From Xanthobacteraceae bacterium (GTDB lineage: Bacteria; Pseudomonadota; Alphaproteobacteria; Rhizobiales; Xanthobacteraceae): a stretch of 38,228 bases of DNA. The notes beneath the pieces were generated by a model. The model worked only from the letters and a program-made list of their open reading frames with translations, was not told the DNA's origin and ran no database searches. The position numbers and the translations under genes are program-made. Numbering within the stretch: position 1 is the first letter of the stretch; every line of letters begins with the position of its first letter. Positions 30,998 through 38,228 of this stretch are shown in pieces. Where the stretch lies: assembly GCA_025929595.1 (NCBI GenBank), contig JAICQA010000001.1, positions 1 through 38,228 of the forward strand, in the 5' to 3' direction.

Positions 30998-33616
30998 ATG
31001 GCCCGAGAACTCGACATCGTTGTCACGATGCAGACCGCCGAGGCGGAACGCGCGGCTGAACGTGTCGACGAAAAGATCGCGAAGATCGGATCGACATCAG
31101 ATCAGACGTCGCAGGCGATCGACGACGCCGCGAAACGGGCCGACGCCAGCATCGCGCGGATCGAGAAGAAGTACGCGGACCAGGAAAAGGCATCAGAGAA
31201 AGCTGCGGCCAGCACCCAGAAGCACGCCGACAAGATGGGTGTCTTGGAATCGGCGGTCTTGCGCTACGCCGGGCCGGCCGTCATCGGTGTCGCGCTCAAG
31301 CAGACCCTCGCCTGGGCGGACTCCATCGAAGACCTCTCGAAGAAGACCGGCGTCGCACCTGGGAAGCTCCAGGCGCTGGAGTTCTCCGCGAAACAAGTCG
31401 GGTTGGCGATCGACCCAGTCGCGCGCGCCATCGGCATGATGGGCGATCGGCTGGCCTCGGGGGATAAGTCGGCCCTCGCGGGCCTCGAACGTCTCGGCCT
31501 CTCCTTCAAGACCATTCGCAGCATGTCGCCGGACGCGGCCTTCTTGGAAATCGCGAAAGCGATCGCGGAAGTCGAAGACCCCATGCAGCGCGCGGCGGAT
31601 GCGACCGATCTCTTTGGCCGCACCGGCATCGAGTTGCTACCGCTGCTCACGTCCGACATCGACGAGTTGATGAAGAAGGCGAAGCAGTTGGGCCTCGTCA
31701 TGGACGACGAGACAACCAAGGCCGCCGCCGATCTCAACGATCAGCTCGAGAACATGGTCGCCATCGGCAAGCGGCTGTTGGTGTCGGTGTTCCTGCCCTT
31801 GATCCCGATCCTGAATCCGATTGCGAACGCCTTCGGATTTCTCGCCGGCGAACTCAACAAGATGATCGTGGCGATTACGTCTCCCCTCGCCCAGATGCGC
31901 GAGTTCGCCGAACTGCTCGGCGTCATCCAATCGCGGTTGCCGAACATGCCCAAGGGGCCCGGGATGACGTTCGATCCGGGCATGTTGGGTACGCCTGGCG
32001 ATCCGATGACATCTGGCGTGTTCGGGCAAACCTACGACTTCGTCAACGACCAGCTCAATACGCGACTCGGGGCGCAAACCCGGAAGCCGCGAGTGCTGCC
32101 GTTTGTGCGGCCCGACCTCATGGGCGAATCCGCCTGGAATAACAGCGCGATCTTCCAGGCGCAGCAGTACGGCCTCTCGCCCGCGTTGTCGTTCCCCGGC
32201 TGGCAGAACGAGATGATGTACGGCCCCTTCGGGCCGATGGCGCCCTTCGCTGGCGCGGGTTCGCGCGCCGAGAATGACGCGATCTATCAGAACAGGCCGA
32301 ACGCCGGATCGGGCTTCTTGCGTGGCAGCGGCGGGCGCTTCCTCAGCGCGGGACTCGGTTCGATGGCCTCCTTCATCCCTGGCATGAATCATCAGGGCTC
32401 GGCGATCGGCTCCTCCTTCGGCTCGGCCCTGGGCGGCCTACAGGGCGTCATGGGCGCGCTCGGTTCGTTCGCGCCGTTCCTGGGCCCGATTGCGGGGATC
32501 GCGGGCGGCCTGCTCGGGAAGCTCTTCGGCCCGTCGGAAGCATCGAAGACCCGCAAGGAGCGATCGAGCTTTATCGATGACTTCGGCGGGATGGAGTCCC
32601 TGCAACTGGCGGCGGATCGCGCGGGGTTCAATCTCGACAAGTTGCTGTCGACGAAGAAGACCGACGTCCTCGCCGGCGAGATCAAGAAGCTCGAAGAGGC
32701 GATGGCGGCGTTCGATCAACAGGTGGCGGACGCGAATACCGAACTCGACACGATGTATTCCACGCTCGATGCCACGGTCGCGAAGGGCAAGGAACTCGGC
32801 TACGAGTTCGACCAGTCCGGCAACCTCGTCTCCGTGAACTTCCAGAAGATGCAGGAGACGGCGCAGAAATACAAGATCGACCTCGAAGCCCTCGGCCCGG
32901 CCTTCCAGCAGCAACGCCTGCACGCGATGGCCGAGGAGATCATCAACGACTTCACGCTCTTGAACATGGGCGGCACCGAGACGGGCACGATCCTGCTCGG
33001 CATGAGCGAGAAGATCAACGAGCTGGTCAACCAGTCGATCAAGTACGGCACGGAAATTCCCGCGAACATGAAGCCGTGGATCGAGAACCTGATCGAAGCC
33101 AATCAGTTGACCGACGAGAACGGCGTCGCGATCACCGACCTGTCACAAATGAAGTTTGGCGAGACGGTCGCGTCCGAGTTCTCGAAGATTCAGGCATCTC
33201 TCGTTGAACTCGTCGACAAGATCGGTGTCCTCGTCGACAAGATCACGGAAATGACGGCGCCGAAGACAATCCATATCGGCTGGCAGGTCGACCCGCCGCC
33301 CGACATCCAGACGCCCGATTACAACAGCATGGGTGGCTTCGTTGGTCAGCCGCGCTATCTCGCCGGCGGCGGCATGATCCCGCGTGGTACCGACACCGTC
33401 CCGGCGATGTTGACGCCCGGCGAAGGCGTCATGCGGCGCGATGCCGTGGCGCGCTTGATGCGCGGCGATTGGCCGCAAGGCGGCGGCACCACGACGATCG
33501 TCATCGACAACATGCAGGTCGACACGTTCTCGAGCGAGATGGAAGCGGAAACGCAGATCGGCCGGGCGCTGGTGCGCGGCCTGAAGCGGCGGGGGGTGCG
33601 GCTCAACGCCGCCTGA
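30998..33616 (+). CDS. Tail tape measure protein
   Basis: 872 aa. Core AIGMMGDRLASGDKSALAGLERLGLSF...ATDLFGRTGIELLPLL, Gly/Ser-rich hydrophobic middle and coiled coils. Confidence 0.85.
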   Translation: MARELDIVVTMQTAEAERAAERVDEKIAKIGSTSDQTSQAIDDAAKRADASIARIEKKYADQEKASEKAAASTQKHADKMGVLESAVLRYAGPAVIGVALKQTLAWADSIEDLSKKTGVAPGKLQALEFSAKQVGLAIDPVARAIGMMGDRLASGDKSALAGLERLGLSFKTIRSMSPDAAFLEIAKAIAEVEDPMQRAADATDLFGRTGIELLPLLTSDIDELMKKAKQLGLVMDDETTKAAADLNDQLENMVAIGKRLLVSVFLPLIPILNPIANAFGFLAGELNKMIVAITSPLAQMREFAELLGVIQSRLPNMPKGPGMTFDPGMLGTPGDPMTSGVFGQTYDFVNDQLNTRLGAQTRKPRVLPFVRPDLMGESAWNNSAIFQAQQYGLSPALSFPGWQNEMMYGPFGPMAPFAGAGSRAENDAIYQNRPNAGSGFLRGSGGRFLSAGLGSMASFIPGMNHQGSAIGSSFGSALGGLQGVMGALGSFAPFLGPIAGIAGGLLGKLFGPSEASKTRKERSSFIDDFGGMESLQLAADRAGFNLDKLLSTKKTDVLAGEIKKLEEAMAAFDQQVADANTELDTMYSTLDATVAKGKELGYEFDQSGNLVSVNFQKMQETAQKYKIDLEALGPAFQQQRLHAMAEEIINDFTLLNMGGTETGTILLGMSEKINELVNQSIKYGTEIPANMKPWIENLIEANQLTDENGVAITDLSQMKFGETVASEFSKIQASLVELVDKIGVLVDKITEMTAPKTIHIGWQVDPPPDIQTPDYNSMGGFVGQPRYLAGGGMIPRGTDTVPAMLTPGEGVMRRDAVARLMRGDWPQGGGTTTIVIDNMQVDTFSSEMEAETQIGRALVRGLKRRGVRLNAA

Positions 33617-33619
33617 TCG

Positions 33620-35032
33620 ATGGCCAATCCGATCACCCTCGGCATCGGTGCGCCCGGCAATATTGCCGAGTTTCTGCTTGTCGGCTTGTCGCCGTCTGGG
33701 GCGCTGGCGAGTCAGGTCTACAACTACGCGATCTCAGGACTCTGTCGATCGGGCGCGACGCGATCGGACTACTACCGCCCCGTCGGGCAAGTGCAGATCG
33801 GCGGCACCTTGCGCTCGACGATGATCGACAAGCGCACCGTCCGGATCGTGGACCTTTTGAACGCGCAGCCGAATACCGCAACCTTCGACTGTGTCGACTT
33901 CACGCCCCTGCGTGGACAGGAAGTCGCGATCTCGCTCGGCACGACGCGCAACAAGATTTTCGCCGGCCACATCATCACCGTCGACCAGACGGCGCCGCAT
34001 AGTGGGCAGCGGGTCCGATTTACCGTCTCCTGCGTCGACTACACATGGTTGCTCGAGACACGGCGGATCACCGGCAAACGCTACGAGAACGAATCGGTCA
34101 CGAACATCATTCGCGACCTGATGATGTTGGCCCCGTCCGGCTTCACCACGGCGAACGTGGAAGCCTCGATGGATGCGGTCGACTTCACGACGAACCACGC
34201 CGAGACGTTGATGCAGGCGATTAGCCGCCTGATGAAGATGGCCTCCAAGGGCGGCGTGCAGGGCGGCTACTGCTACGTTGATTACAACAAGGATCTGCAC
34301 GCCTTCGTCACCCCGGAAGCCGACGGCAACCCGAAGGTGTTGAACGCGACCAATCTCAACTTCTGGGATCTGCAGTACAGCGTCGACCTCTCCCAGGTCC
34401 GTACCCGCGTCTATGCGATGGGCGCGGTGACGCAGACGACATCCACGGTCCCGAACATCTCGACGGCGATTCCTGTGGCCGATACTGGCATCTTTGCGGA
34501 AGCCGGCGGGCAGGCGCTGAGCTTCGGCAATCAGTTGCAGTACGCGGGCACCTCCCCGACCACGGGGCCGGGCTGGCTCACCGGCGTGACCTCGTTCTCC
34601 TATTCGATCCCCCAAGGGGAAAGCGTTCGTGTTCTGGCGACGCGCATCAACTCGAACGCCGCCAACTCGATGGCGGCGATCATCGGGACCGACGGGCTGA
34701 TCGATCACATCGTCAGCGACGAGCGACTGACCGATGCCGGCGCCCGCACGCGCGGGGATGGCGACCTCGGCTTGTTCGCGGAGCCGGAATCGTCCGTGAC
34801 CCTGTTCACCCGCGACAAGTTTATGAAGTCGGGCAAGACACTGCCCGCCTCGCTCACGGCGCCGACGGTGATCTCGACGGAGATGATCGTGCAGGAAGTC
34901 GAAATCTTCGACATCGCGCTCGGCAACGGCTACCGCTTCCCCCGCCGGCGCGTGAAGGCCGGCACCACGACGCGCGATGTCTTCCAGTTACTCGGCACAG
35001 CGGATCAACTGTCGACAGAAGGGCCCGCGTAA
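33620..35032 (+). CDS. Minor tail protein (distal tail/hub-like)
   Basis: Directly after the tape measure gene. N-terminal pattern VRIVDLLNAQPNTATFDCVD...VAISLG...IFAGHIITVDQ...VSCVDYTWLL resembles gpD/hub-type proteins. Confidence 0.45.
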   Translation: MANPITLGIGAPGNIAEFLLVGLSPSGALASQVYNYAISGLCRSGATRSDYYRPVGQVQIGGTLRSTMIDKRTVRIVDLLNAQPNTATFDCVDFTPLRGQEVAISLGTTRNKIFAGHIITVDQTAPHSGQRVRFTVSCVDYTWLLETRRITGKRYENESVTNIIRDLMMLAPSGFTTANVEASMDAVDFTTNHAETLMQAISRLMKMASKGGVQGGYCYVDYNKDLHAFVTPEADGNPKVLNATNLNFWDLQYSVDLSQVRTRVYAMGAVTQTTSTVPNISTAIPVADTGIFAEAGGQALSFGNQLQYAGTSPTTGPGWLTGVTSFSYSIPQGESVRVLATRINSNAANSMAAIIGTDGLIDHIVSDERLTDAGARTRGDGDLGLFAEPESSVTLFTRDKFMKSGKTLPASLTAPTVISTEMIVQEVEIFDIALGNGYRFPRRRVKAGTTTRDVFQLLGTADQLSTEGPA

Positions 35033-35946
35033 TGTCGAAAAATCTGATGGATCACGTCGTCCTGGTGGACGACAGCGGCCTCGGCCTCGACGGCACGATC
35101 ATCAACAATTCGCTCTTCGATCAGGTTCAGGACGAGATCGACGAAGCCATTCAGCAAATCGTGCAGACGAAGAGCGGCAGCTACACAGTCCTCGTCACTG
35201 ACGACATCGTGATCTGCACGGCGGCCTTGACCCTGTCGCTGTACGCCGCGTCGACCGGGTCCGCGCGTCCGCTGCGCGTCGTCAACACCGGATCGGGCGC
35301 GGTCGTGATCGATCCCGATGGCAGCGAAACGATCGGCGGGTTGTCGGCCTGGACGCTGCGACCGAAGCAGACGGCGATCTTGCGCTGTGATGGCTCGAAT
35401 TGGGAGATCGAAGCCCTGTCGAATTGTCGGCAGTGGTCGGAAGAGCTCGCGATCCCGATCTCGTATTTCCGTCCGCACGCGTCGGGCGGTTGTGGGGCGC
35501 TCGAAGATGTGCTGTTGTCGTCGGGTCGCTACGCGTCGGCCTGCCCGTTTGACGGCACGAGCATCGAAAGCGCGTCGTGCTTCCTGCCCTTGCCGCGGCG
35601 GTGGAACCTGGGCACGTTCACCTTCGAGCCCTACGGCTTCAATACGGCTGGCGGGTCGGGGGCGGTTGTCCTCCAGATGGCGGCTGTGGCCGCTGGGGAT
35701 GGGGAAACCAAAGACGCCGCCGTCGGCACGTTCCAGACCTCGACCGACACGATCCTGACCGCGAAGTTTCAGGCGGTGGGCCCGGTGTCCTCGGCCATCA
35801 CGATCGCCGGTACGCCAGCTGTGGCGGATGGCATTCGCTTTGTCCTCCAGCGCGATCCGACCGCTGGCGGCGATACCTACGCCTCGGACTACTACGTCGA
35901 AACCGTGAAAGTGCGGCTGACGATGTTGGCTTTCAACGATGAGTAG
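35032..35946 (+). CDS. Tail fibre / receptor-binding-type protein
   Basis: TAATG-coupled and positioned after the hub. No motif recognised. Confidence 0.4.
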   Translation: MSKNLMDHVVLVDDSGLGLDGTIINNSLFDQVQDEIDEAIQQIVQTKSGSYTVLVTDDIVICTAALTLSLYAASTGSARPLRVVNTGSGAVVIDPDGSETIGGLSAWTLRPKQTAILRCDGSNWEIEALSNCRQWSEELAIPISYFRPHASGGCGALEDVLLSSGRYASACPFDGTSIESASCFLPLPRRWNLGTFTFEPYGFNTAGGSGAVVLQMAAVAAGDGETKDAAVGTFQTSTDTILTAKFQAVGPVSSAITIAGTPAVADGIRFVLQRDPTAGGDTYASDYYVETVKVRLTMLAFNDE

Positions 35947-36799
35947 CCTGCAAAGCGCCGTGCTGTTCGGGCGGTCGATGCCGCGGGCCCTCGCGATTGA
36001 ATCGCTGGTCGTCGGCGGCGGCGGCGGCGGCGGTACCGGGCTGACGAATGTCGGCGGCGGCGGCGGCGCCGATGTACAGAGCGCGTCAGCCGTCCTGCAG
36101 CCTGGCTCGTCCACGACGGTCACGGTCGGGGGAGAGGGCGCCGGACAGGCGGGCGGCACCGGGCGTACCAACGGCGGCACGTCGTCGTTCAACGGCACCT
36201 CTGCGGCCGGCGGCGGCGCGGGCGGCACCGGCGGCGGCGCGGACGCGTCGGCGCGCGCGGGCAACGCGGGCGCAAACGGCGGCGGCGGCGGTGGCACCGG
36301 CGGGGATGGCCCAACGGTTGGCGGTGCGGGCACCTTCACCGGCGGCGGCAGCAACTCTTCGAATAGCTCGGGCGGCGGCGCGGGTGATGGCGCGAACGGC
36401 GCCAATGCGCCGACGAGCACCGGCGGCCAAGGCACGGCGCACAGCATCACCGGGGCGTCAGTCGTCTACGGCGCGGGCGCGGGCGGGGCGAATCGAGAAG
36501 GCGGGACCGGCGGCCCTGGGCCCGTCGGCGGCACGGGCGCCGGGAGTGGGGCGAGCGCTGACACCGACGCGACGGCTGGCACCAACTACGGGGCCGGCGG
36601 CGGCGGCGGCAACGAAGGGTCGGGCGGCACCGGATTCGGCGGCAACGGTGCGCCTGGCGTGGTCTACATCCGTTACATCGGGCCGCAACGGGCGACGGGC
36701 GGCACCGTGTCGACCATCAGCGTCGGGAGCGAATCCTACACGCTGCATCGGTTCGATTTCGCGGACAGCGGAACAGATTTTGTCGTGACAGCGGAGTGA
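35939..36799 (+). CDS. Glycine-rich domain tail fibre-type protein
   Basis: LVVGGGGGGGTG...GGGAGGTGGG...GAPGVVYIRYIG is typical of the glycine-rich domain proteins found at phage tail tips. Confidence 0.65.
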   Translation: MSSLQSAVLFGRSMPRALAIESLVVGGGGGGGTGLTNVGGGGGADVQSASAVLQPGSSTTVTVGGEGAGQAGGTGRTNGGTSSFNGTSAAGGGAGGTGGGADASARAGNAGANGGGGGGTGGDGPTVGGAGTFTGGGSNSSNSSGGGAGDGANGANAPTSTGGQGTAHSITGASVVYGAGAGGANREGGTGGPGPVGGTGAGSGASADTDATAGTNYGAGGGGGNEGSGGTGFGGNGAPGVVYIRYIGPQRATGGTVSTISVGSESYTLHRFDFADSGTDFVVTAE

Positions 36800-37119
36800 G
36801 CATGGAGATCCCGATCATCTTTTCGAGCTTGGAACTGCGCTACATCGACGCCGACGTGGCGCGGCTGAACGCGACCGGCGAGACGCTCACGCGGGAGACA
36901 TACCTCGCGCGGCGGCTGTCGAAAGTCATCGGCAATGAAGTCGCGCGCCAGCGAGTGGAGCGACGCACCAGCAACGCCTCCGTGATCGAGCAGGCGGTCG
37001 AGGCCCTGCCCGCGGATCCAACGGAAGCCTCGCGCGCGCTGCAGGGGCTCGGTCTGGTCATGACGGCCGACGGCAGCATTGCGCCGATCGCGACGCGAGA
37101 GGTCACCGGCACCCGATGA
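36796..37119 (+). CDS. Hypothetical protein (start GTG 36796 or ATG 36802)
   Basis: Coupled ORF between the fibre genes and the lysozyme-like gene. Confidence 0.45.
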   Translation: MSMEIPIIFSSLELRYIDADVARLNATGETLTRETYLARRLSKVIGNEVARQRVERRTSNASVIEQAVEALPADPTEASRALQGLGLVMTADGSIAPIATREVTGTR

Positions 37120-37622
37120 TCTCGGTGGTCCATCGCTTCATCGTGCCGGCCGCGTATGCGGTGTTGCCTGAGCGGATGCAATCGCTCCAGGCGACGGCGA
37201 TGCTGCTCGCGATTGGACTCCAGGAGTCAGAGTTCGAGGCGCGGCGACAACATGCTGGAGGGCCGGCGCGCGGCTTCTGGCAATTCGAAAAGAACGGCGG
37301 CATGAAGGGCGTCGCGACGCATGACGACACGCGCGACCTGTTAACCGACGCGATCGATCGCTTGCGGTATCCACGCGGCCTCAGCCTGACCGCGCAGCAC
37401 GCGATGCTCGAGCACAACGACGTGTTCGCGTGCGTCTGTGCGCGGTTGCTGCTGTGGACGTTGCCGAGAATCCTGCCGCAAGCGGATCAACCGAGTCAGG
37501 GATGGCATCAGTATCTCGACGCGTGGCGACCGGGCAAGCCCCATCCCGACACATGGGAGCGGAATTACGGGCGCGCGTGGACGATGGTCGCGGACGCCGA
37601 GCAGAGGACGGTAGAGGAATGA
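37116..37622 (+). CDS. Lysozyme-like / lytic transglycosylase-type endolysin (putative)
   Basis: AIGLQESEFEARRQ...GPARGFWQFE resembles the SLT catalytic E-S and GLMQ motifs. Followed by membrane proteins. Confidence 0.5.
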   Translation: MISVVHRFIVPAAYAVLPERMQSLQATAMLLAIGLQESEFEARRQHAGGPARGFWQFEKNGGMKGVATHDDTRDLLTDAIDRLRYPRGLSLTAQHAMLEHNDVFACVCARLLLWTLPRILPQADQPSQGWHQYLDAWRPGKPHPDTWERNYGRAWTMVADAEQRTVEE

Positions 37623-37750
37623 GACGAATGGACGTCGACTTCTTCAGGAGCGGGACCGCACCCGAGTGCGAATCGAATGCGGCCCCTTGCGAACATGAGC
37701 ACACAACTTGCCCATGCCCGCCACGGGCATTTATCGGGAGATACCGCTGA
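37619..37750 (+). CDS. Small Cys/His-containing ORF (43 aa)
   Basis: ATGA-coupled, but GC3 is only moderate. Confidence 0.3.
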   Translation: MRRMDVDFFRSGTAPECESNAAPCEHEHTTCPCPPRAFIGRYR

Positions 37751-38115
37751 TGACTTCAGTGGCCATCCCGTTGGCGCCTGACGCGATGTCACCCCCACGC
37801 GAAAGCCAACGACGCTTGTCCGACTTTACCGACTTGACGAAGGCGTCAGTGCCGCTGCCGTTCATGCTGTCGGTGATTGGCTCCGTCATCGTGATTGCCT
37901 TCTTCGTGTTCCAGATCAAGAGCGATGTGCGCTTGATCGAAGAACGACAACAGCACCAGAAGGAAACCACGCAACTGCAGTTCGACGAGTTGAAGGCGCT
38001 GGTCGCCGGTGCAGGACTGCGGAATGCCAACATGTCGATGGCGCAAGAGATGTCGAGAGTGCAGCAAGAAAACACGCAACTGCGCGAGCAGTTGAAAGAG
38101 AGGGGCGCACGCTAA
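37750..38115 (+). CDS. Single-TM protein with coiled-coil C-terminus (holin or i-spanin-like)
   Basis: TM segment LPFMLSVIGSVIVIAFFVF, then a heptad-like region QQHQKETTQLQFDELKAL...QQENTQLREQLKE. Confidence 0.45.
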   Translation: MTSVAIPLAPDAMSPPRESQRRLSDFTDLTKASVPLPFMLSVIGSVIVIAFFVFQIKSDVRLIEERQQHQKETTQLQFDELKALVAGAGLRNANMSMAQEMSRVQQENTQLREQLKERGAR

Positions 38116-38228
38116 TGGATCCGATCACATGCTGTCTGTTGGGGATTTGTTGCCCACCATTACAGCGACAAACTCGCATCGCGTCGTACATCGCCTCGTT
38201 CGGCATCCCGGCGGAAGTCGCCGACAAG
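38115..38228 (+). CDS. Partial ORF (5' end only), Cys-rich N-terminus
   Basis: TAATG-coupled. MDPITCCLLGICCPPLQ..., truncated by the window end. Confidence 0.3.
   Translation, partial: MDPITCCLLGICCPPLQRQTRIASYIASFGIPAEVADK

Larger units (their letters stand above)
46..38228. mobile_element. Temperate siphovirus-like prophage, from attL side (tRNA-Asn) to the start of the lysis cassette; right end outside window
   Basis: tRNA 3' end is followed directly by integrase, repressor/Cro switch, recombination, replication, packaging, head, tail and lysis modules in canonical order. Confidence 0.9.

Noticed and set aside
33734-34708. 324-aa minus-strand ORF
   Set aside because: Antisense to the hub-like tail gene. 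Arg/His/Gly-rich off-frame composition.
35005-36450. 481-aa minus-strand ORF with long poly-Pro/Ala tracts
   Set aside because: It mirrors the GGC-rich glycine codons of the fibre genes on the plus strand. It spans two plus-strand genes and has no start context.
36048-36788. 246-aa plus-strand Ala/Arg-rich ORF in an alternative frame of the glycine-rich gene
   Set aside because: It is a by-product of the low-complexity repeats. The 35939 frame has sensible non-repetitive N- and C-termini and is coupled to its neighbours.
33620-37119. Search for a diversity-generating retroelement (RT plus TR/VR repeats) near the fibre genes
   Set aside because: There is no reverse-transcriptase-like ORF, and I could see no long near-identical repeat pair. 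Only the low-complexity Gly repeats are present.

Overview
This GC-rich window is almost entirely one temperate, siphovirus-like prophage inserted at the 3' end of a tRNA-Asn gene (1-45). attR lies beyond the window. A minus-strand lysogeny block (161-2923) holds an HNH nuclease, a tyrosine integrase, a small ORF, a membrane-anchored protein and an XRE repressor. It faces a plus-strand lytic unit that runs to the window end. In order, that unit carries: a Cro-like gene and early regulators; a Cys-rich lipoprotein; an ERF/YqaJ/HNH/NinB-like recombination module with a J-domain protein; a replication block (an organizer-like gene with GTAACG iterons, and a beta-clamp-like protein); and a methylation island (beta-class N6/N4 MTase plus MT-A70 MTase). 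The late genes follow: TerS/TerL, portal, Mu-F-like head protein, scaffold, major capsid, connector proteins, tail tube, chaperones, tape measure, hub and fibre proteins, a glycine-rich fibre protein and the start of a lysis cassette. Genes are tightly coupled through many ATGA/TAATG/GTGA junctions. The stand-out feature is a 1013-aa fusion of a GT4 glycosyltransferase, a SAM methyltransferase and a GT2 glycosyltransferase (24807-27848). It is translationally wired into the late operon between the capsid and connector genes, which makes it a candidate virion or late-envelope glycan-modification module. Secondary points are a candidate origin embedded in the replication gene, a non-canonical (-2/+1) tail-chaperone frameshift, an unknown 407-aa early protein with a (PE)n linker, and a two-gene insertion between terminase and portal. 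I saw no rRNA, CRISPR array, transposase or reverse transcriptase. All product calls come from motif and architecture recognition by eye; no database search was run. The long minus-strand ORFs under plus-strand genes are treated as GC-rich shadow ORFs.
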